Positions 1-7,696 of a stretch of 64,000 nucleotides of DNA are shown here, in pieces (position 1 is the first letter of the stretch; each line of letters starts with the position of its first letter). The notes under the pieces were generated by a model. The model ran no database searches. It was not told the DNA's origin and saw nothing but the letters and a program-made list of their open reading frames with translations. The DNA comes from a virus: the IMG/VR virus record IMGVR_UViG_3300045988_159115; one strand, given 5' to 3'. Made by a program: the position numbers and the translations under genes.

Positions 1-280
1 CTTTCTTATAGTAGACATTGCCACGCCTTATGAAATATTCGTATCCCTTTTTCTCCATAAACTCGCAGAAAGACAGTCTCGCTGTGACCATCAAGAGATA
101 CTTTTTCACTCCCATCTTACGGACATTGATGATGACTGCAATAAGAATGAGGATACCTTTCAAAACCTTACTCAAAATCCAAATAGCGGCCCAGGCACAT
201 GCTACAACAAACATGAGCCTGAGCCATGATGGTGCTGTACGATAGCCATTCATGACCAGGTTAATCATAATTTTAATCAT
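1..280 (-). CDS. membrane protein, 5' part only (ORF runs off the left edge)
   Basis: Not in the ORF track because it has no stop inside the window. The reverse strand is open from the ATG at 280 down to base 1. A second in-frame ATG lies at 268, 12 nt after GAAAGG. Translation is MIKIMINLVMNGYRTAPSWLRLMFVVACAWAAIWILSKVLKGILILIAVIINVRKMG..., with two hydrophobic helices. Confidence 0.6.
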   Translation of the reverse strand, partial: MIKIMINLVMNGYRTAPSWLRLMFVVACAWAAIWILSKVLKGILILIAVIINVRKMGVKKYLLMVTARLSFCEFMEKKGYEYFIRRGNVYYKK

Positions 281-345
281 CCTTTCTCGTTTTTTACACG
301 TGTTAGTCCACATCCTACTGAGCAACGTTAGTAGTGAACTGACTA

Positions 346-385
346 AAGCTCACCAAGTGCGAGGTTGTAAACACTTGGTGAGCTT
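346..385 (-). terminator. stem-loop just downstream of the 391..2097 gene
   Basis: Perfect 14-bp inverted repeat AAGCTCACCAAGTG / CACTTGGTGAGCTT with a 12-nt loop, 6 nt after the stop codon. No clear U-tract, so terminator activity is uncertain. Confidence 0.45.
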
Positions 386-390
386 ATCAT

Positions 391-2097
391 TTAAATTCTG
401 CTAAGGAAGAACAGAAGTTCATCCGAGATCGTATCCTCATCGTAAGAGATAGGAGTGCCAAGGAGTTCTTCCTCTTCCCACACAACGTAGGTAAACGAAG
501 TGTTGATAAACTTAGACAGAATCTCCATGATGTAATCGGGTTTAATCGAGATCAACTGAGAGTATTTTCCCTCGCACATCTTCTGGTACAACGCAGTATT
601 CCGAACTTTCTCCACGAACTTATTCTTGCGAATCTGTCGGGTATTCACAGTGCCGGAAACATTGCCAGAAAGAATATAGGGAAGTGCGCAAGTCTCAATA
701 GATCCAGATCCATCGTAACCTGCCGTGTCGAACAACCGCTTCTTCAGAATCAGCATGAGAATGATATACTGGCGACGATTGATAAGCTCCATGTTCATGT
801 AACCACCGAAGTACTTTGCCCAGTAAGCACATACAAGCTGAACCTGCAACTGATGCATATTGTGGTTCTTGATGTAATACTGGATTTCGTTCTCGGAGAT
901 TTCGAAATCATTGTCTCTCATGATACGCGCCATAGTCGTCTTGATGTTCATCTCTGCCAAGAAGACGCGGCCCTCGTCGATTTTGCTAAGATTCATTTCC
1001 ATCTTATCATTACCGGAAAGGCCATCCGTATTCTTTGCAGAGGTGACTTCGGTCAGATTCTTCGCATACTGCTCTTTCAGGAAATAGACCAGCTGATACT
1101 TGATGATCGTCTTGTTGAAGCCAATGATGTTCTCCCGATATTTCTTGGTCTTCGGGTTATAGTGCTCATTGAACTGGTACTTGACGATGTTCTCGCTGAT
1201 CAGAACCTTACGCAGGAAGGAGTTCATCACGGTATACTCATCATAGCCAAGGATATCTCTTTGATCAAAAATTACGGAGTTATGAGATTTATTCTCAAGC
1301 ACCTTCGCCTTGACATAGACAAAGAGCTTGTTGTAAATATTCATGTCTCCTTCATTAAAGATGTCGAAGAGCTTGGCATAGAAATTGTAGATCGTGTCGG
1401 AGTCTCTTTCCGGCTTCATCCGGTTGACAGAGAAAAAGTGGAACATCACAGGGGCAATCAACTTCATACCAAAACTGATACGAAGAAGAACCTTCACGTG
1501 GATGTTTCGGAATTCAAGACTCTCCAGATGCTTCTTTGCATCCTTCAAGTACTTCGAATTATCCGTCGCTTCGATGTCGTCCAGATAGTTGTCCTCCACA
1601 AGCTGCTTAATCTTTTCAATGACCGTCGGAGTAAAGAGGATCTCGTAGATCAGACTAATCAGCTGAGGCATGTTGTCTTGTGTAAAGCGCTTGATTTCTT
1701 TACCATTCTCGTTCTCACCACAGGTTTCTTTATCAATTGCGTACTTCAACTTCAGTAAGGCTAATGGAACCTCATGCTCAGTATCGTACTTTTCAATGAA
1801 GTAATTAAGGTAAGTAGCGATGGTGGGAAGCTGGCTTCCGTAGGAGACTTTATCGACAAAGAATCTGTCATAGACAGACATCTTCTCTTCTGGCTTATAG
1901 AGCTTCTCGAAGTGGAAGATGAAAATTTTTCCATCTGCTTCCGCATACAGATTCGATTTGTCGCGCTTGGGTTTCCATTGGGTAATCTCCGCTTTGGGAG
2001 CCGTAGCTTCCGTCCACTCAGACTTCGGTCTTGTCGCACCACGAGACCGAGTAGGAGTGGAAACTGCTTGGGTAGTTTTGCTGTTGTCGGTTTCCAT
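391..2097 (-). CDS. hypothetical protein (568 aa)
   Basis: ORF-track ORF 391..2118. Start moved to the in-frame ATG (METDNSK...) that follows GAGGAG by 11 nt. No Walker A, polymerase or nuclease motif recognised. Confidence 0.85.
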   Translation of the reverse strand: METDNSKTTQAVSTPTRSRGATRPKSEWTEATAPKAEITQWKPKRDKSNLYAEADGKIFIFHFEKLYKPEEKMSVYDRFFVDKVSYGSQLPTIATYLNYFIEKYDTEHEVPLALLKLKYAIDKETCGENENGKEIKRFTQDNMPQLISLIYEILFTPTVIEKIKQLVEDNYLDDIEATDNSKYLKDAKKHLESLEFRNIHVKVLLRISFGMKLIAPVMFHFFSVNRMKPERDSDTIYNFYAKLFDIFNEGDMNIYNKLFVYVKAKVLENKSHNSVIFDQRDILGYDEYTVMNSFLRKVLISENIVKYQFNEHYNPKTKKYRENIIGFNKTIIKYQLVYFLKEQYAKNLTEVTSAKNTDGLSGNDKMEMNLSKIDEGRVFLAEMNIKTTMARIMRDNDFEISENEIQYYIKNHNMHQLQVQLVCAYWAKYFGGYMNMELINRRQYIILMLILKKRLFDTAGYDGSGSIETCALPYILSGNVSGTVNTRQIRKNKFVEKVRNTALYQKMCEGKYSQLISIKPDYIMEILSKFINTSFTYVVWEEEELLGTPISYDEDTISDELLFFLSRI

Positions 2098-2143
2098 CAG
2101 ATAACTAACTCCTCTCAAAAATCAGTTATACTAACGTGCTCAG

Positions 2144-2159
2144 AGATATAACATATCAT
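2144..2159 (-). promoter_or_regulatory. promoter-like box (ATGATATGTTATATC on the coding strand)
   Basis: One mismatch from the ATGATATATTATAT box found upstream of three other minus-strand genes (43171, 43509, 44951). Lies 46 nt upstream of the ATG at 2097. Confidence 0.4.
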
Positions 2160-2180
2160 TCAAAAGCACGATGTATATTT

Positions 2181-3050
2181 TTACTTTTTCTTTGCAGTGG
2201 ATTTCGTTGCATGCTTCTTCGGGTTAGGCTTGACTCTAACCGTACGAGAAACTTCAGAAGTGGAATTTTTTGCTCGAATGATTTTCGGCTCATCTGATTC
2301 AGATGTTGTCATTCGAGCAACTTTCTTCTCAAGAGAGTCTTTCTTCTGAAGCTGTTTCTGATAAAGAGCGTTTCTAGACTCAAGTTTATGACGCTCTGTG
2401 ATACTAAGCTTTCGATCTTTTCGCATCTCCTGCTTGATAGATCCTTCAAGATTCGTAACCTGACGAGAAATCTCAGAATCTTCAAAACTGGAAATAGCAG
2501 ATACGAACTGATCAAACTTTGGACGCTTCCAATGGATCAAACCAAGCTTGGTCATATAATCAAGTTTGTGGTCCTGAAGATATCGACAAGCATAGTAGAT
2601 ACTAGAATCATAATAAAGATCATAATTCTTATTTGCTTTATCCGGAAGTGTATCCAAAACACCAGAAGTAAATTTATACTGCAAGGTTTCGATTAAGTAT
2701 CCCTGCAACTTATAAAGTGCAGCATACTTATAAACGAAGCCTGGACTATTTGAGAAAAACTGAACCCAATACTCATTCAGTGACGTAGCTTTTGCCTTAT
2801 GATCATCCGGAGGAGTAAACTGGATAACTACGTCATATGAAAAATTTCCCTTATTGCTTTCAGAAGGGACTTTCACAAGAATGAAGTAATCTTTTTCAAC
2901 TTCGCATACAGCTGCGATTTTGATTCGATTCATCTTCTTGTATGCTTGATAACGGTCTTCATATCGAAGTTGCCGCTGATTATTTTGCTGATAAAACGGA
3001 GCAACCAAGAACTGCTCCAGGGTTTGTGTTGATACAGTTAACGATTCCAT
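2181..3050 (-). CDS. hypothetical protein with basic K/R/S-rich C-terminal tail (289 aa)
   Basis: Complete ORF with AAAGGTGA 7 nt upstream of the ATG. The last ~100 aa are rich in K, R and S (…KKVARMTTSESDEPKIIRAKNS…KKHATKSTAKKK). Confidence 0.85.
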   Translation of the reverse strand: MESLTVSTQTLEQFLVAPFYQQNNQRQLRYEDRYQAYKKMNRIKIAAVCEVEKDYFILVKVPSESNKGNFSYDVVIQFTPPDDHKAKATSLNEYWVQFFSNSPGFVYKYAALYKLQGYLIETLQYKFTSGVLDTLPDKANKNYDLYYDSSIYYACRYLQDHKLDYMTKLGLIHWKRPKFDQFVSAISSFEDSEISRQVTNLEGSIKQEMRKDRKLSITERHKLESRNALYQKQLQKKDSLEKKVARMTTSESDEPKIIRAKNSTSEVSRTVRVKPNPKKHATKSTAKKK

Positions 3051-3121
3051 ATTATCATCACCTTTCTAATAAAAATATAGACGAGATAACAATAAATAGT
3101 TTAATCGGTTGTCATTGGATC

Positions 3122-3173
3122 CATGAAAAAATAAAGAGTGAGTATTCATACTGTTCATGAATACTCACTCTTT
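3122..3173 (-). terminator. rho-independent terminator after the chaperonin gene
   Basis: 17-bp stem AAAGAGTGAGTATTCAT / ATGAATACTCACTCTTT with a 7-nt loop, followed on the minus strand by ATTTTTTC. Confidence 0.75.
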
Positions 3174-3182
3174 AAAAAGTTC

Positions 3183-5246
3183 TTAGCAGAGAACCATCTG
3201 GTTACCAGTAATCAGCAGAGACAGCAGATCAACGGTAGCATTCAGAACCTCGCGATCGGTTTCTGTAGAATTGATAACGTCACTGGTGAAATGACCAGTG
3301 GTAACATCAAGGACAACGCCATTCTGCCGAGAATAACGGTCCACAAATGCAACGACTGAATAGTGGACATCACCAGTTAATGAAGCATCATCGACGAGAG
3401 TAGAGAAAACCTTATTTGCCTTATCACGATCGGCATAAATCTTACGATGTGTTTTCTCATCGCAATAGATGACACAGTTTTCATCTGTGCCTCTCCAGAA
3501 CTCCGATACGTTAATAGTAGCATCGGAAGGATAGATGCTGTTAACGATCGTATCATAGGCAGTGAGATATCCAGATGCCAGGATGTTCAGGATATCATAG
3601 TAGAGTTCCTCATCATCACTGCAATTCTTCGTCAGCGGACGCTCCTTCATCAGAGTATCAATGGCATCGAGCAAGCTGACATTACAGCCAAGGACAACAC
3701 CATTATTGAATGCTGATGCGGCTGCCTTCACAGCGTCGTCCACAGAATCCTTCAGATAGCCCTGAGACATCTGAGAAGCTGCACCAACCTCGATCACACC
3801 AGTCTTAAGACCAAGTGCATTCAAACGCTGCTGCTTTTCCACGATAGACAGACTGAAAGAGCCAATCATCTCAAGCTTATGCTGTGCTTCAGCAAGCTCA
3901 GACTTAGCCACTCTCACAGTCGTCTCATACACATTCGGATCATAGTAAAATCCTGCAAAAATAGACTCCTTCATACCGAGGGTAGCCTTTTCGCAGTATC
4001 CAACACGAATCAGATTCGTAGCATCGTTCATGAAAATGGTATTCTTATCAATCGTCTCGTCATATGCAGCAAGACGGAGTGCAATACCATTCGGATCTGC
4101 CGGAGTTGGATTCGGGACCATCACGGCGATATTAGATCCGGGGATATTTCGATTATCCAGATCAAACTGCTTATAGATATCCGGATCCTTTTCCAGTGCT
4201 TCCAAAATCTGATCCTTCACCACACGGGTAATAACCGGAGTATTCAGAAGCATAGCCAGATCGTTCAGCAGGGTACGTGCATGTGCATTTGTCTTATTGC
4301 AGACAAGCAGAACCAGAGAGATAGAGCCATGCTGCTTCAGATCCTCAAGCAGGTCACGACGAATCGGACCGCCAAGTGCAACATCATCGTACCAAGGAGC
4401 AATACATGCAAGCTTACGACCACGCTGCTTGGATGCCTCACACAGAGGCTTCAAAATCTTATCATAGATATTCTGATCGACCTTATTGTCGAACACGATG
4501 TAATCCATGGGGCCTGCACTCATGGTATTATCATCATTATTGATATAAGACTGATCAGTCAGGGAAGTATCAATCTTATAGCCATTAATGGTGTATGCAT
4601 GAGTAGAGCCATCCTTGGAATTTGCAACGGAGATTGCAGGGAACTGAAGCTCCCTGTAAAGATCGGAAATCATATTGGTAATCTCTTCATTACCATTGGA
4701 AGAGACGTAGACGACCTTCTTGATATTCTCAGCCAGAACATCGGGATCATCAGACTGAATTGAAATTGCTCGCTTATTCAGCTCTTCGATCACATCATCC
4801 TTTACCCGATTCATCATCTTCATGATTTCACGGGGAAGAGCTCGATTGAGAGAGCAGTCACTCAGCTTCTTACGCATCCGATAAGACTCGTAAACACCAC
4901 GAGTTGCAACAACCGCAGTCGTAGTACCATCACCAACGGTAAAGTTCAGACGATCACAGATGGTAGACATCATATTCTTGATAGTGTGATCAATCTTCGT
5001 GTTGAACTCCAGGTACTTCATGATGGAATAACCATCTTTTGTATTGAAGAAGGTAGACTGGGTAGAAGAAGGAACGACGATGAACGTACCAGCACCAGCA
5101 GGGCCAAAAGACATGACCAGCTTTTCCCAGATGGTATTAAACACCTGGCCGACACGCTTATCGAATTCATCTTTGGAATAGACGTTGATCAGAGGCTCAC
5201 GATCGAGATCACTCCGACCAAAATCCATATCATCGGTAGTTTTCAT
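3183..5246 (-). CDS. groEL: GroEL-like (group I) chaperonin, 687 aa
   Basis: Contains GPAGAGTFIV (cf. GroEL GPKGRNVV) and VGDGTTTAVVAT (the GDGTTT nucleotide-binding loop, aa 105-110). Also EKQQRLNALGLKTGVIEVGAASQ and DAVKAAASAFNNGVVLG (cf. GroEL [21 protein letters not shown] / DALHATRAAVEEGVV). AGGAGG RBS upstream. Confidence 0.85.
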   Translation of the reverse strand: MKTTDDMDFGRSDLDREPLINVYSKDEFDKRVGQVFNTIWEKLVMSFGPAGAGTFIVVPSSTQSTFFNTKDGYSIMKYLEFNTKIDHTIKNMMSTICDRLNFTVGDGTTTAVVATRGVYESYRMRKKLSDCSLNRALPREIMKMMNRVKDDVIEELNKRAISIQSDDPDVLAENIKKVVYVSSNGNEEITNMISDLYRELQFPAISVANSKDGSTHAYTINGYKIDTSLTDQSYINNDDNTMSAGPMDYIVFDNKVDQNIYDKILKPLCEASKQRGRKLACIAPWYDDVALGGPIRRDLLEDLKQHGSISLVLLVCNKTNAHARTLLNDLAMLLNTPVITRVVKDQILEALEKDPDIYKQFDLDNRNIPGSNIAVMVPNPTPADPNGIALRLAAYDETIDKNTIFMNDATNLIRVGYCEKATLGMKESIFAGFYYDPNVYETTVRVAKSELAEAQHKLEMIGSFSLSIVEKQQRLNALGLKTGVIEVGAASQMSQGYLKDSVDDAVKAAASAFNNGVVLGCNVSLLDAIDTLMKERPLTKNCSDDEELYYDILNILASGYLTAYDTIVNSIYPSDATINVSEFWRGTDENCVIYCDEKTHRKIYADRDKANKVFSTLVDDASLTGDVHYSVVAFVDRYSRQNGVVLDVTTGHFTSDVINSTETDREVLNATVDLLSLLITGNQMVLC

Positions 5247-5297
5247 ATTACTTACCTCCTGTTTTATAAGTTAATTTTGTGTCATCACGTTGATTAA

Positions 5298-6044
5298 TTA
5301 CTCTACTGGATCTCTGTATGTGTTTCGGTTAATGGTATCAATAGACCCATTATCATGTTCGTCTGTACTACATGCTCTAGCATAGGCAAGCTTAAATGCA
5401 TACTTTTTCCATAGCTCAGTAAAATCAATCTTGTAGTCTTTCATATTCTTTTTATTATACCGATACTCAATCGGAAGAACGATAGAAGACAGATGAAGGA
5501 CTTTATTTTCTTCCATCCTATGAATGAGATCAATATTGGATAAGAAGTATGTAGAATTTGCTCCAGCCTTTTTACATACTTCATCGAAATCATCCATGAA
5601 AGTGAATTCAATCCCAAGTTCCCGTTTCAAATCTTCTTTCGGCCATGGAGTTTTGAAAGGACAGTAAACGAGAACATCTTTCACCGGATGCTTCTTACTC
5701 TTCAAAAATCTCAGCATATACTGAGTGCAAAGCACGTTACAGTTTGAATAGAATTTTTCCGAGATAAGCATTTGATCCATAATCAATCCATCTAAGAATT
5801 CTTCTGATACTCTTTCTGGATCTCGATTTAGATCAATAAGAAAATTCTGATGCTTCCGATTCACATACCACTCATACAGGGAAGCAAGATCGAACGATTC
5901 AATTTCTTCTAGACGAAGAATTGGACGAAGTTTTTCATTCTTCTGGATATACTGAAGAAGAACGAAATAAGGTGATTTAATAAAATCAAGATATTCAATC
6001 ACCAAATAATCTGCATTGTAGAAAATCGTCTCTGATTGTGCCAT
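5298..6044 (-). CDS. hypothetical protein (248 aa)
   Basis: Complete ORF with an AAAGGAA RBS. AT-rich codon usage. No recognisable motif. Confidence 0.85.
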   Translation of the reverse strand: MAQSETIFYNADYLVIEYLDFIKSPYFVLLQYIQKNEKLRPILRLEEIESFDLASLYEWYVNRKHQNFLIDLNRDPERVSEEFLDGLIMDQMLISEKFYSNCNVLCTQYMLRFLKSKKHPVKDVLVYCPFKTPWPKEDLKRELGIEFTFMDDFDEVCKKAGANSTYFLSNIDLIHRMEENKVLHLSSIVLPIEYRYNKKNMKDYKIDFTELWKKYAFKLAYARACSTDEHDNGSIDTINRNTYRDPVE

Positions 6045-6062
6045 AAACTCATTCCTTTCTAT

Positions 6063-6114
6063 GAAATAAAATAGGCCACCACAGCACTACTTATATAGAG
6101 TGTGTGGTGGCCTA
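6063..6114 (-). terminator. rho-independent terminator after the SSB-like gene
   Basis: 12-bp stem TAGGCCACCACA / TGTGGTGGCCTA, followed on the minus strand by TTTTATTTC. Confidence 0.7.
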
Positions 6115-6132
6115 ATTAGTTATCGTAATGAA

Positions 6133-6831
6133 TTAGAAAGGCAGATCCTCTGCACTGAATGCAGAATTAGCAGAAGGGGAAGTGGAAGGGACATCGGAAG
6201 ACTGAGCATTATTACCAGTCTGGAGACCATTGCCCCAGCTGTTAAAGAATGCATTGGACTGAGTAGAGACACCAAAGATGTCGTTGATATTCTTCAGAGC
6301 ATTGTAGAAGAACATGAACTCAGCCTCAGTAGACTTCACGGTACCATTGCCGGTATTGGGATCGTAATCCAGGACAACCTTGGTCTTATTGAACTTGTAG
6401 ATGTACCGGTTCGAAGGATCACAAGTGTTATCCTGATTTGCGCTGACATAGCCGATGAAATAGAGAGTAGGAACACCCTTGTCATCCTTTGCATACTGGA
6501 TGACAATGATAGCATTCTTATTGCCCATCTTCATAGCAACGTTGACAGGCTTCTCCAGATCCTCGCCAGCTTCCACCTTCTTGATAACGGGAACGATATG
6601 CTCATCAATAAGCTGAGTCAGACCCAGAGCCTTCTGTGCAGTAATTGCAGTAGAGAAGCTACGGTTCCGATCATACTGACGGATACCATCCTCGTTGGTA
6701 CCACTGCAAGGATTCAGACGAATGGAAATCATATCATTCCAATAGGTCATGCCCATCGAAGCAGTGTCGCCATAAAAGGTTTTGATGTTAGTAGAAACGT
6801 TTTTGCGATTAGTGTTAGAATTGTAAGGCAT
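6133..6831 (-). CDS. ssb: single-stranded-DNA-binding-like protein (232 aa)
   Basis: The C-terminus has a G/N/Q/S/P-rich linker (…NSWGNGLQTGNNAQSSDVPSTSPSANSAF) ending in the acidic tip SAEDLPF. Bacterial SSB ends in DDDIPF. The gene sits between the polymerase and the chaperonin. AAAGGAG RBS. The N-terminal fold is not recognisable by eye. Confidence 0.55.
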   Translation of the reverse strand: MPYNSNTNRKNVSTNIKTFYGDTASMGMTYWNDMISIRLNPCSGTNEDGIRQYDRNRSFSTAITAQKALGLTQLIDEHIVPVIKKVEAGEDLEKPVNVAMKMGNKNAIIVIQYAKDDKGVPTLYFIGYVSANQDNTCDPSNRYIYKFNKTKVVLDYDPNTGNGTVKSTEAEFMFFYNALKNINDIFGVSTQSNAFFNSWGNGLQTGNNAQSSDVPSTSPSANSAFSAEDLPF

Positions 6832-6892
6832 AATAAAATTCTCCTTTGTGTTTCAAAATTACGTATGTGTAAGTCGGACGATATGAAATCAT

Positions 6893-7651
6893 TTAGTCCT
6901 TTTTCTTAGAGTACTTCTTCAGAATCTTTCTTCTGACCTTAGCTTCAACCTCATAAAGGAAGGCTGAATAATCCGTAAGGTCAAAATAACAAGGTACAAA
7001 ATTACCTGTAAGAACCAACTTATCAAACTTCTCTTTCACAAACTCAGTCTCAAGGCAGGGAGACTCTCTGTCATCACACAGATCAAAGAATGTGTCAATG
7101 TCCATATCGAAGTCCATCGTGTCATGGATAACATCTCCCATGTGACCAAGGACATAAAGATCAGCAGGATCATCCACATATTTCTTCATAGAATTTGTGG
7201 TGACATCCTCATCCGGATCATCTGCCTGTGCATAAGAATCATGATGATCTTCGATGAAATTCATCACAGCAGAAGTGATATTTTTCTTGCAGTTTGTCAA
7301 GAAGAATCGGTATACGTAATGGATGATATCGTCTTGGTCAGACTCACTCATATCCCAGAAATCTACGATTCCGATACCGAGCTTCTTCTCAAACATTTTG
7401 AGCATGAAAGTATAGAATCCATCCCGAAGCTTTATAAGATTATCCATCTCTTCATCTTCATACACATTCACATTCTCTTTCGAGAATTTGTACTTATTGA
7501 TGAAGGTATCGACATAATCCTTCTTTGTATAGTCAATAGGATTCTTAAACTGCTTCTTGATACTCTCTTGAATCAGATTGATTGGAGCTTCTGAGAGAAA
7601 CTCCTCAGAACTAATATCATTGGGAGTATATACATAACCAGTTTCAAACAT
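6893..7651 (-). CDS. acidic hypothetical protein (252 aa)
   Basis: Complete ORF with an AAAGGAAG RBS. Rich in D and E. Immediately downstream of the polymerase gene. Confidence 0.85.
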   Translation of the reverse strand: MFETGYVYTPNDISSEEFLSEAPINLIQESIKKQFKNPIDYTKKDYVDTFINKYKFSKENVNVYEDEEMDNLIKLRDGFYTFMLKMFEKKLGIGIVDFWDMSESDQDDIIHYVYRFFLTNCKKNITSAVMNFIEDHHDSYAQADDPDEDVTTNSMKKYVDDPADLYVLGHMGDVIHDTMDFDMDIDTFFDLCDDRESPCLETEFVKEKFDKLVLTGNFVPCYFDLTDYSAFLYEVEAKVRRKILKKYSKKKD

Positions 7652-7696
7652 GGGAATCTTCCTTTCTATTTTATTTTTAATAGCTAATAGTTAGAA

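Noticed and set aside
391-2097. Could this 568-aa protein be the missing N-terminal/exonuclease half of the split family B polymerase? It contains strings such as DDIEAT, NSVIFDQRDIL and YYIKNHN.
   Set aside because: - The strings lie in helical, hydrophilic contexts rather than after hydrophobic beta strands.
- The spacing (~100 and ~135 aa) is wrong for Exo I-III.
- The Exo III-like string lacks the Asp.
- No DxxSLYPS motif follows.
- I treat the resemblance as chance.
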